Translations under genes and position numbers: made by a program | NCBI GenBank assembly: GCA_018712065.1 | Contig: DVHL01000029.1 | Coordinates: forward strand, 6,222-70,221 | Origin: Candidatus Fimimonas gallinarum | GTDB taxonomy: Bacteria > Bacillota > Clostridia > Christensenellales > CAG-314 | Direction: 5' to 3' | DNA: 64,000 nucleotides | The notes under the pieces: model-generated | Databases searched by the model: none | What the model was told of the DNA's origin: nothing | What the model saw: the letters and a program-made list of their open reading frames with translations, nothing else | In this document: positions 27,014 to 35,607 of the stretch, piece by piece | How positions within the stretch are numbered: position 1 is the stretch's first letter | Layout: each line of letters starts with the position of its first letter

Positions 27014-29188
27014 ATGACTAAAAAAGTAATAAAGATAGTTACCATTTCCCTTTGCGTAACGGTTTTGATTTGTTCCCTTTCTTTGCTGGTGTTTCTCACT
27101 GCGTTGCAAAAAAGCGACGGCTACGTGCGTTACGACGAAAGCAAACTGAACGACGCCTGTTTTTCGCTGAAAATTGTCGACAACAGCGGCAATGAACTTG
27201 CCGACGCGATGTATTTCGGGGAAAACAAGCAGGTACCGCTGTCTTCGCTGCACAAATACACCTACATGGCTTTCGTTTCCGTGGAGGACAAAAGATTCTT
27301 TTCCCACCGTGGTATCGACCTGAAACGTGTTGGCGGCGCAGTGCTTCACAATGTAAAAAGCGGCGGATTGAAAGAAGGCGCCTCCACCATTACTCAACAA
27401 CTGATAAAGAATACGCACCTTGACAACGGCAAAAATTTCAGACGCAAAGTAAATGAAATGTTGCTGGCGTTGCAGTTGGAAAAACGCCACAGCAAAGAGG
27501 AAATTTTGGAAATGTACCTTAACACCATTTACTTCGGACGCAATGCCTACGGTATTGAAAACGCCGCAAACGTCTACTTTGACAAAAAGGCAAGCGACCT
27601 CACCGTTGCGGAAAGTGCCTTGCTTGCAGGGATGATCAAAGCGCCAAACAGTTACGCTCCCGACAAAAACGTCGCCAAATGCCGAAAAAGAAGAGATACC
27701 GTGCTGTCGTTGATGCGTCAGCAGGGGGTAATTACCGATGAAGAATATTCTTCCGCAATAAACGAAGCAATAACGTACATCCCCTACCACAACACTTTTG
27801 AAAAAACCTACGTAAATTTGGTGTTAAATGAGGCGGAGAACGTACTGAAAATGTCGCAGCAACAACTTTTGCACAGTAAAATTGTAATAGAAACCTACTG
27901 CGAACCGTCAATGCAAAGCACCTTGTACGGCATCGCCTCACACGACGAAACGCTGGATAAAAACGGTAACAAAGCGGAAATTGCCGCTGTAATTTGCGAT
28001 AACCAAGGAAAAGTGCTTGCTTGCTACTTCCGTGGAGAAGGCGCATTGCGCAGTAAACAAATAGGAAGCACGGCAAAACCCATTGCCGTCTACACGCCCG
28101 CCCTCTGTGAAAAACTGATTACACAGGCGTCGCCCGTTTTGGACGAGCCAACGGATTTTTCCGGTTACAAACCCACCAACGCCAACGGATACAACGGTTG
28201 GACTACCGTCAAAAACGCCGTAATAAAAAGTCTGAATATTCCCGCCGTAAAAACATTAAACACTTTGGGGCTTGAAACTGCCAAGAAGTACCTTGGAAAA
28301 ATGGGCTTTTACGGAGAAGAAAATCTTTCTTTGGCGTTGGGAAATATAGACGGAGGCATGACTGTTTTGCAGTTGGCAAAGTGCTACGCCACACTTGCTA
28401 ACAACGGAGTGTGCAACGAAGTGAGTTGCATTAAGCAGGTAAAGCAGGGCGACAAGGTGCTATACAAAGACACTGCACATCCTCAAAGCGTGTTTGACGC
28501 AAAATCAACGTATCTTATGACGGACATGCTCAAGTGCGCAACGAAACAAGGCACAGCGAAGGCTTTGGGCAATCTTCCCTTCCAGGTTGCAGCCAAAACG
28601 GGAACTGTGGGGGACAGTGAAGGCAATTCTGTGGCAGTTGTGGCAGGTTACACAACTTCCAACACATTTGTGTTTCGTTTCGGGGGTGAATTGCCAAACA
28701 GCGTCAACGGCGCAACGGCTCCCTGTCAACTTGCCGACAAGGTTCTTAAAGTAATTTGCAAAGAGAAACCTGCCGATTTTACACCGCCACAGGGTGTCGT
28801 GCAACTTACTGTGGACAAAAAACAACTGTACGGCAATCAACTTGTAAAACTGTCGGAAAGCGGCGAAAAATTTTGGTTCGATGTAAACAACAAGCCCACC
28901 GAAACACAACAAAAAGAGATTTTCCGTTACACTTTGACCACCGAAAAGGTGGACGGACAAATAAAGCTGGTGTTGCCCGTTCTTTCAGAGGGAAGATATT
29001 GGAAAATATACCGTTTAAACGACGGACAAAAACAGGAAATCTTTACAACAAGAGTGGAAAACGGGGAATACTTTGCAGAACTTTGGCAGGACGAAGAATT
29101 GCTGTACACTACACCTAAAATAATTGTCAAAAAAGCGGAAGAAAAAAACTTTTGGGACTTCTGGCTACTGCCGTCATTGGGAAAATAA
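27014..29188 (+). CDS. Class A penicillin-binding protein (glycosyltransferase + transpeptidase)
   Basis: N-terminal TM segment. GT51 motifs are EDKRFFSHRGID, GASTITQQL and RKVNEMLLALQLE. Transpeptidase motifs are STAKP, SLN and KTGT. No obvious SD sequence precedes the ATG. Confidence 0.9.
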   Translation: MTKKVIKIVTISLCVTVLICSLSLLVFLTALQKSDGYVRYDESKLNDACFSLKIVDNSGNELADAMYFGENKQVPLSSLHKYTYMAFVSVEDKRFFSHRGIDLKRVGGAVLHNVKSGGLKEGASTITQQLIKNTHLDNGKNFRRKVNEMLLALQLEKRHSKEEILEMYLNTIYFGRNAYGIENAANVYFDKKASDLTVAESALLAGMIKAPNSYAPDKNVAKCRKRRDTVLSLMRQQGVITDEEYSSAINEAITYIPYHNTFEKTYVNLVLNEAENVLKMSQQQLLHSKIVIETYCEPSMQSTLYGIASHDETLDKNGNKAEIAAVICDNQGKVLACYFRGEGALRSKQIGSTAKPIAVYTPALCEKLITQASPVLDEPTDFSGYKPTNANGYNGWTTVKNAVIKSLNIPAVKTLNTLGLETAKKYLGKMGFYGEENLSLALGNIDGGMTVLQLAKCYATLANNGVCNEVSCIKQVKQGDKVLYKDTAHPQSVFDAKSTYLMTDMLKCATKQGTAKALGNLPFQVAAKTGTVGDSEGNSVAVVAGYTTSNTFVFRFGGELPNSVNGATAPCQLADKVLKVICKEKPADFTPPQGVVQLTVDKKQLYGNQLVKLSESGEKFWFDVNNKPTETQQKEIFRYTLTTEKVDGQIKLVLPVLSEGRYWKIYRLNDGQKQEIFTTRVENGEYFAELWQDEELLYTTPKIIVKKAEEKNFWDFWLLPSLGK

Positions 29189-29236
29189 AAAAATTCAACT
29201 GCAACACAATCCTGTTTGTGGGGCGTGCACAGAAAT

Positions 29237-29393
29237 ACATTCCCGTTAGTTTTCTGTATGCTTTTTGTGTTTCACATTCCCGATAAGTTTTTGCTCTTTT
29301 GCTATTAGATGTTTTCGGTTACAAAACAAAGCTTTAATTACAAAAAACAGGATTTAATACAAAAAGGGAGTTGCTATTAGAAGTTTTCAGTTA
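29237..29393 (+). repeat. Nested short direct repeats
   Basis: ACATTCCCG(T/A)TA(-/A)GTTTT occurs at 29237 and 29274. TTGCTATTAGA(T/A)GTTTTC(G/A)GTTA occurs at 29299 and 29371. Confidence 0.7.
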
Positions 29394-29425
29394 AAAAAAC
29401 TTCAAAGACATGGTTATTTACAAAA

Positions 29426-29465
29426 ACAGCCTGCAAGGTAAATACATTGCAGGCTGTTTATTTTA
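29426..29465 (+). terminator. Rho-independent terminator, 240 nt downstream of the PBP gene
   Basis: ACAGCCTGCAA-10 nt-TTGCAGGCTGT followed by TTATTTT. Confidence 0.65.
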
Positions 29466-29569
29466 TGATTACTGACGGTAAAAATTGCATTTACAATCGG
29501 CTTTGTGTTTTTTTGAAGCAACAAACGCTAATGTGTCACTTAACGCCGTTTATTTTGTCGCAATTTGAT

Positions 29570-29617
29570 GTTATGTCTGTAATAGTATTCTGTAAATTGG
29601 CAAAATGCAACATACAT
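29570..29617 (+). repeat. Copy c of the dispersed intergenic repeat family
   Basis: GTTATGTCTGTAATAGTATTCTGTAAATTGGCAAAATGCAACATACA. The GCAAAATGC module is displaced by a short insertion. Confidence 0.8.
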
Positions 29618-30120
29618 GACGTCTGCAAGATAAACTAACATGTCATTTTTTTGAATGCACCACCAATAAGCACCAAAGAAGTCTTGTCGACGTAAATAGT
29701 ACCGCAAGTTGTCAAAATACATCAAACACGATGTTGTCACGACAGATTAGCATGTCTGTTATTTTAACGCACCACTTGTAATAATCAAAACTGCCTTTCC
29801 GATTTGATTGTGTTTGGTAATTTTTCCGAGTCTGACAAGGCAAATTTTATCGGTAGTATTCAAAGTTTTTGTATTTACAGGCAAATACCAAGAAATGTTT
29901 CCAACGGTGTTCTCTAGTATGAACAAACTTTAAGAGCGAGGAAAAATTTTTTTGAAGGTTAGTAACTTGTGCGCCGACGCATGTTATTTTGCAAGGAATG
30001 AGGAACGTTACTACCGCCACCCCAGACATACAGATCAACGGTCGTCCTTCTCCCTTAATCAGCAAATGTTTTTTTTGTAACCTTTCTCGCCCTGTCTGTT
30101 GTCGTGGTGAATATGTTCGT

Positions 30121-30159
30121 AAAACGACACACGCAACAGATGCAAATTGATGCGTGTGT
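30121..30159 (-). terminator. Terminator after thiI
   Basis: 9-bp stem ACACACGCA/TGCGTGTGT followed by CGTTTT on the minus strand. Confidence 0.65.
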
Positions 30160-30169
30160 TTACCCACCG

Positions 30170-31321
30170 CTACTCTATTACCACCGATTCCACGCTGTTC
30201 AAAGCGTTTTCCACCAAAGTTTCCACGTCTAAAACGCTTTCCACTTTTTCCACTGCCGAAAGCCTCGGCTTTGTTACGGGACGTTTAGGAAGAAAAATAG
30301 TACAACAATCTTCGTAGGGCAAAATAGAAGTTTCATATGTGCCGATTTTTTGTGCTATTTCAATAATGTCGTCCTTGTCAAATCCGATAAGCGGACGAAG
30401 CACGGGAATTGTCGCCACTGCATTTGTGCTTGTGATGCTTTCCAATGTCTGACTTGCCACCTGTCCCAAACTTTCACCCGTTATCACGGCACCTGCACCG
30501 TTGAGTTTCGCCAAGCGTTCGGCAATGCGCATCATAAAGCGGCGCATAATCGTTATCATGTATTCTTCGGGGCATTTTTCGTGTATTGCCGTTTGTATTT
30601 CCGTAAAACTGACAACGTCCACCGTCATACGCAAAGTGTACTTCTTGACGATTTTTGCCAAATCCAACACCTTTTGGCGTGCTTGCATGCTTGTGAAAGG
30701 AAAACTGTGAAAATGAACCGCACGCAATGTCATACCACGCTTTGCCATCATGTAAATTGCCACGGGACTGTCAATACCTCCCGAAAGCATTGCAATTCCC
30801 TTTCCGCCGGTACCTACGGGCATTCCGTTTACCGCCTTTATTACGTCGCTGTACACGAAAGTTTTTCCGTTTTCTCGAATGTCTATGTTGATTACCGTTT
30901 GCGGTTGGTGTATGTCCACGGTAAGGGATGGATTTGCATTCAAAATGTCGCCTCCTATTTCTGACGAAACGTCCATGGAACGCATGGGGAAGCGTTTGTC
31001 GGCACGGTTGGTGTTTACCTTGAAAGTGCCGCTCTTGGGAGCAATGGAAATTGCCGCACTGCGAATTTCTTCCAGATTGGAAGGCACTTCTTCCGCCACG
31101 CTGAGAGAGTGAACGCCGAAAACGTTTTTGACGGCGTCAATGATTTGAGGAAGATTATCCTGTTGGAAATTGCGTATAATGTAACGTGCATTGCTTCTCG
31201 CAAAATCGTACTTAAATTCTTTCAATGCAAATTTTAAATTGGAAATAAGCGCACTTTCAAAAAATTCCTTGTTGTTGCCTTTCAGGTGAATTTCCGAGTA
31301 ACGAATGATAACTACTTTCAT
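30170..31321 (-). CDS. thiI: tRNA 4-thiouridine synthase ThiI
   Basis: THUMP N-terminal part and PP-loop SGGIDSPVA. Confidence 0.93.
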   Translation of the reverse strand: MKVVIIRYSEIHLKGNNKEFFESALISNLKFALKEFKYDFARSNARYIIRNFQQDNLPQIIDAVKNVFGVHSLSVAEEVPSNLEEIRSAAISIAPKSGTFKVNTNRADKRFPMRSMDVSSEIGGDILNANPSLTVDIHQPQTVINIDIRENGKTFVYSDVIKAVNGMPVGTGGKGIAMLSGGIDSPVAIYMMAKRGMTLRAVHFHSFPFTSMQARQKVLDLAKIVKKYTLRMTVDVVSFTEIQTAIHEKCPEEYMITIMRRFMMRIAERLAKLNGAGAVITGESLGQVASQTLESITSTNAVATIPVLRPLIGFDKDDIIEIAQKIGTYETSILPYEDCCTIFLPKRPVTKPRLSAVEKVESVLDVETLVENALNSVESVVIE

Positions 31322-31497
31322 TTTTGCTCCTTGAAATAATTTTTCAATGATAAATTTATTCTTGCTTGATGTGTATTACTTTCTAGTGTTCGTCCAACGC
31401 CTACCCAAAAAATTTGAACGTTGTCCTAAAATGCCCTCCATGACGAAGAGGGAAAACGTTTTGACAAAACAAGATACGGGTTTCCATTTTCACGGCG

Positions 31498-31545
31498 AAA
31501 TATTGCAAACTGCTGAATATTTGCAAACTGCTGAATATTTGAAAA
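31498..31545 (+). repeat. 18-bp tandem repeat TGCAAACTGCTGAATATT, about 2.5 copies
   Basis: Two identical units at 31504-31521 and 31522-31539 plus a partial third. Located in the 455-bp gap between the desulfurase gene and thiI. Confidence 0.8.
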
Positions 31546-31777
31546 TTGCTTTTTGCACGGCGCTTTGAAGGTAACCGTACAAACTAATTTTTGGTCATGC
31601 GATTAGACAAAGCAAACATCGTGAACGCTTCAATTTGACGTCGGCTAATGCCTTTTCAAACAAACGTCGAAGGTTAAAAATCAAAGTGTTGAAACCACAT
31701 TTGCTTACATCGGTTTGCAGAAACGCACGAAAACTTCACGTGCAGAAATTTCGCAATATTCAAACGTTTTGTAAGTA

Positions 31778-32917
31778 CTACTTCCCAAACATTGTCGCAC
31801 GCAACGCTTGCGAACAGTCTTTCAGTTTTTCCGCAAGGAATATTACTTCTTCCTCGGTGTTGTACTTTGAAAAACTCAAACGGATTACGCCTTCCACAAA
31901 TTGCTTTTCCAGTCCTATTGCTTTGGCAATGCGGCTTTGTTTATTTTTTGAACTGCATGCCGAACCTGTGCCGACAATTATGCCGTAACTTTCCAACATG
32001 TGAAGCAACACTTCGCCTTTGATATTTTCAAACGCCAAAGTCATTATTGCCGGTGAGCAATTTTCCACACACAGTTCACGGCAATGTGCGTCCGATATTG
32101 CATTGCGTATAATCTCTTTGAAATGCAAAAATTTCTGTGTGTTTTGCGGAACATTGGTAACAGCCAACTGCACGGCATCTCCCAAAGCGATTGCACCGCC
32201 GACGTATTCCGTCCCCGAACGCATACCCTTTTCCTGTCCGCCGCCGTGCACCAAAGAAGATATTTTTACCCCGTTTTTCACAAAAAGCGCGCCGCATCCC
32301 TTACCTGCATGAAATTTGTGTCCGGAAAGCGTGTACAGGTCAACTCCGAGGTTGGCAAGATTGACGGGGATTTTCCCCACTGCCTGAATACCGTCGGAAA
32401 AGGTGATTGTGCGGGGATTTTTACTTTTTACCTTGTCGTTTATGTCCTTTACATCGTTTATTGCACCCGTTTCGTTGTTGACGTGCATGAAACAGGCAAG
32501 CACCGTGTCGGCATCGACCTTGGAAAGGAAATCTTCGACATCTATGTGTCCGTCGTTGGAAACTTTAGCCAAACGTAGTTGGTAACCACGGCTTTGAAGT
32601 TCCAGCAAGGTGTTGTACACTGCAGAATGTTCCGACATGGTGGCAACAATATTGCCTTTGCGTGATTTTACTGCGCCGAAAATCGCAATATTGTCCGATT
32701 CGGTTCCTCCTGACGTAAAGTAGACGGACATGTTTTGTGCCCCGAGACTTTTGGCTATTTTTTCTCGGGAAAGTGCCATTTCGTTGGAAACAAGCAAACT
32801 TGCACTGCTGCGTGCAGACGGATTGAAATATCTGTCCCGCTGATATTCTTCTATTTTTGCCAAGACACCGTCGTCGATTCGTGTTGTGGCACAGTTGTCA
32901 AAATAACAAATTTTCAT
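31778..32917 (-). CDS. iscS: Cysteine desulfurase (NifS/IscS class V aminotransferase)
   Basis: PLP-lysine motif SGHKFHAGKG and active-site GSACSS. Lies upstream of thiI, as in many Firmicutes. Confidence 0.9.
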   Translation of the reverse strand: MKICYFDNCATTRIDDGVLAKIEEYQRDRYFNPSARSSASLLVSNEMALSREKIAKSLGAQNMSVYFTSGGTESDNIAIFGAVKSRKGNIVATMSEHSAVYNTLLELQSRGYQLRLAKVSNDGHIDVEDFLSKVDADTVLACFMHVNNETGAINDVKDINDKVKSKNPRTITFSDGIQAVGKIPVNLANLGVDLYTLSGHKFHAGKGCGALFVKNGVKISSLVHGGGQEKGMRSGTEYVGGAIALGDAVQLAVTNVPQNTQKFLHFKEIIRNAISDAHCRELCVENCSPAIMTLAFENIKGEVLLHMLESYGIIVGTGSACSSKNKQSRIAKAIGLEKQFVEGVIRLSFSKYNTEEEVIFLAEKLKDCSQALRATMFGK

Positions 32918-32919
32918 AT

Positions 32920-32966
32920 GTTATGTCTGTAATACTATTCTGCAAAATGCAGTTTTCTGATATACT
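32920..32966 (+). repeat. Copy b (type copy) of the dispersed intergenic repeat family
   Basis: GTTATGTCTGTAATACTATTCTGCAAAATGCAGTTTTCTGATATACT, starting 3 nt from the desulfurase start codon. Confidence 0.85.
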
Positions 32967-33204
32967 TTTGTGTTTACATATCGCAATACAACAAAATCTG
33001 CGTTTTTTCCTTTATGTTCGCTTCAATATGTTTGTATCAAATGCCCTTACAAACACTTTACAACTTCCCTTGCCAACTGAAAACATGTTTCGCTTTGGTA
33101 ATTTTGGCATATTTACCGTGAAGAAAAAATTGTCTTTCAAAGGTGCTTTGTCTTTAAGAAAACGGTACTTTAAGCAACACTGCCTGTCGTTGTACGGAAT
33201 CGTG

Positions 33205-35586
33205 TTACTTCAACGTAACTACCGTTACACCGCTTTCGCCTTCGCCGTATTTGCCGAGACGGAAATCCAAAACGTTTTTGTTGTTGCGCAAATAGGAATG
33301 TATGCCAGCACGCAAACGTCCCGTCCCCATGCCGTGAATAATCCAGATTTGGTTCAGCCCCGCAAGCAATGCCTGATCGATGAACGCATCGACGTTGGAC
33401 ACTGCTTCATCCACAGTTTGACCTATGACATTTATCTCGTTGTTAATGCTGCGTGTGTTTATTTCCGTTTTTGGGGCGGATTTTCCGCCGTAGGTGCGGG
33501 CAGTTTTTTTGTTTACTTCCGATACACTGTAAAAAAGGTCGTCGGCGGTAACTTCCGTGCTGATAGAACCGCAACGCACGGTAATTCTTTTGGGACTTTT
33601 GATATCGGTGACTTTCACCTGAACTCCGAGGCGGTTGGAATAGACGGTATCGCCCACTTTGAGTTTGGAAAAGTCCAGCTTGTCGCCGGTGAAAATTATT
33701 TCGTCGTCGTTGTCCTGTTGTTGGAAAGATATGTTTTTCAGTTGTTTTGCTTTGGCACGTGCGGCAAACAAATCTCTGTCGGCTATTTCGTTGCCGGTGA
33801 GCAACTCTTTCATTTCAGCAATAATTTCATCAGCCTGTTCTTTGGCTTTTTCCACTATTTTTTCCGCTTCTTTTTTCGAGCCCTGCAACAACTTTTCCCG
33901 TTCGTTTTGCAAACTTCCGTTCAGACGTTTGGTTTTTTCTCTTTCTTCCTGCAAAAGTTTGCGTTCGTTTTCTACTGCATCCAACTGTTCTTCGTATTGC
34001 TTTCTGATTTTGTCGGCGTTTTGCAGAACCCGCTCAAACGCCAACTTTTCGTCGGAAACGTTTTCCCGTGCAAAATCTATTACGTCTTTACGCATTCCTA
34101 GTTTGGAGGCTATTGCCAAGGCGTTGGAACTGCCTGGCACCCCCATTATCAGTTTGTAAGTCGGGGCAAGCGTTTGCAGGTCAAATTCCATCGATGCGTT
34201 TTCCACACGTGGCGTGGAAAGCGAATATTCTTTCAGTTTTCCGTAGTGGGTAGTAATGACGCACTTTGCACCGCTTTTACGCAAAAATTCCGTAACAGCC
34301 AATGCCAGCGCAGTGCCTTCGTTTGGCTCTGTACCTGCGCCGACTTCGTCGATAAGCACAAGATCGCCCTTTTTGCAGATGTTGAGAATGTCCCGCAAGT
34401 TGGTAATATGTCCTGAAAACGTGGACAGGTTCTGTTCGATGCTTTGTTCATCGCCTATGTCACAAAATATATCGTCAAAATAGGAAACCACGCTGTCTTC
34501 GCCACACGGGACGAACATCCCGCTCATTGCAAGCAAACACATAAGCCCGATTGTTTTCAGCGTAACGGTTTTGCCGCCCGTGTTTGGTCCCGTAACGACA
34601 ATTATGTCGTAGTCCTTGCCCAAACTTACGGAAATGGGCACAACTTTGCGTTTGTCAATCAGCGGATGGCGTGCTTTTTTGAGGTTTATAAAACCGCTGT
34701 CGTTGAGAATAGGCAAGGTACATTTATTTTCCAAAGCGTACTTTGTCTTGCTGAAAATTACGTCTATGTCGCTGATAGTTTCTTCCGAAACAACGATCTT
34801 TTGCGAAACAGGAGATATTCTGTCGGTAAATGCCTGCAAAATTCTTTGTATTTCCGCTTTTTCTTCGAGAGTGGCTTCTCGCAGGGCGTTGTTCAGTTGC
34901 ACTATTGCCATTGGTTCCACAAAAAGAGTTGCGCCCGTTGCCGATTGATCGTGTACAATTCCGTTTACAAAACCTTTGTATTCCTGCTTTACGGGAATAA
35001 CGTACCTGTCGCCACGCAAAGTAACGATGCTGTCCTGCAGATACTTGGAAAGTTCGCTGTTTTTGGTGTAGCTTTGCAACTTTTGCTTGATGTCGGCGTT
35101 TATCGCCTTGATTTTTTTTCTGATAGCGAAAAGTTGTTCCGACGCTTTGTCGTTCATTTCCTCTTCGCTCAAAATGCAAAAATCAATGTCCTCTTCCAAA
35201 TCCTTGTCTACGTACAAGGCGCAGGCACGGGTTTGCAACAGCGATATGTCTGTGCCGTAGTCGGTAAAAAGCGCCGTTTGCAGGTTGCGTGCCGTGCGCA
35301 GCGTGCGCATCATTTGCAACAGTTGCCCCATCGAAAGGCAGGAGCCTACCCGAGCGAGAGAGCAAATTTCCGCAACGTCGTCCACCGAAAGGTCAAAGGA
35401 AGTTTCGTACTGAAACAGACTGTAAGCCTGCTTTGCTTCTTCCAACGCTTTTTGCGCTTCTTCGTAGGTGGCAAAGGGACGCAATTTCTGCACTTTTGTT
35501 TTTGCAACACTGCTTACCGCGAAGTGCGAAACCTGTTCCATTATGTCGGCATATTGAAGTTTTGTCAAAGTTTTAGAGTTTATCAT
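33205..35586 (-). CDS. mutS2: Endonuclease MutS2
   Basis: Walker A TGPNTGGKTVTLKT and C-terminal Smr domain (IWIIHGMGTGRLRAGI). Confidence 0.95.
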   Translation of the reverse strand: MINSKTLTKLQYADIMEQVSHFAVSSVAKTKVQKLRPFATYEEAQKALEEAKQAYSLFQYETSFDLSVDDVAEICSLARVGSCLSMGQLLQMMRTLRTARNLQTALFTDYGTDISLLQTRACALYVDKDLEEDIDFCILSEEEMNDKASEQLFAIRKKIKAINADIKQKLQSYTKNSELSKYLQDSIVTLRGDRYVIPVKQEYKGFVNGIVHDQSATGATLFVEPMAIVQLNNALREATLEEKAEIQRILQAFTDRISPVSQKIVVSEETISDIDVIFSKTKYALENKCTLPILNDSGFINLKKARHPLIDKRKVVPISVSLGKDYDIIVVTGPNTGGKTVTLKTIGLMCLLAMSGMFVPCGEDSVVSYFDDIFCDIGDEQSIEQNLSTFSGHITNLRDILNICKKGDLVLIDEVGAGTEPNEGTALALAVTEFLRKSGAKCVITTHYGKLKEYSLSTPRVENASMEFDLQTLAPTYKLIMGVPGSSNALAIASKLGMRKDVIDFARENVSDEKLAFERVLQNADKIRKQYEEQLDAVENERKLLQEEREKTKRLNGSLQNEREKLLQGSKKEAEKIVEKAKEQADEIIAEMKELLTGNEIADRDLFAARAKAKQLKNISFQQQDNDDEIIFTGDKLDFSKLKVGDTVYSNRLGVQVKVTDIKSPKRITVRCGSISTEVTADDLFYSVSEVNKKTARTYGGKSAPKTEINTRSINNEINVIGQTVDEAVSNVDAFIDQALLAGLNQIWIIHGMGTGRLRAGIHSYLRNNKNVLDFRLGKYGEGESGVTVVTLK

Positions 35587-35607
35587 GGTAAATAATTGTG
35601 CAATAGG

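Noticed and set aside
29847-30167. 106-aa minus-strand ORF downstream of thiI, and the 60-79 aa ORFs at 17448-17630 and 17712-17951.
   Set aside because: None has an SD sequence. The first overlaps the thiI terminator hairpin and has atypical composition. None has a recognisable motif. They are insufficient to call genes, and the regions are reported as unexplained non-coding DNA instead.
31498-31545. Short tandem repeats (31498, 52576, 60850, 16001) as CRISPR arrays.
   Set aside because: The units are directly adjacent with no unique spacers, there are only 2-4.5 copies, the units are 18-23 bp, and no cas genes are present.
32924-32966. The repeat family as a family of small ORFs. Most copies begin with ATG TCT GTA ATA..., giving MSVILFCKM, MSVIVFCKL, MSVILLYKM, MSVIIFYKM, MSEIVFCKM, MSQIVLLDI.
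   Set aside because: No copy has an SD sequence or a -10 element positioned for a leaderless start. Sequences after the ninth codon diverge completely and stop at random lengths. Copy a truncates after 5 codons because its core is inverted. The shared peptide is best explained by shared DNA.
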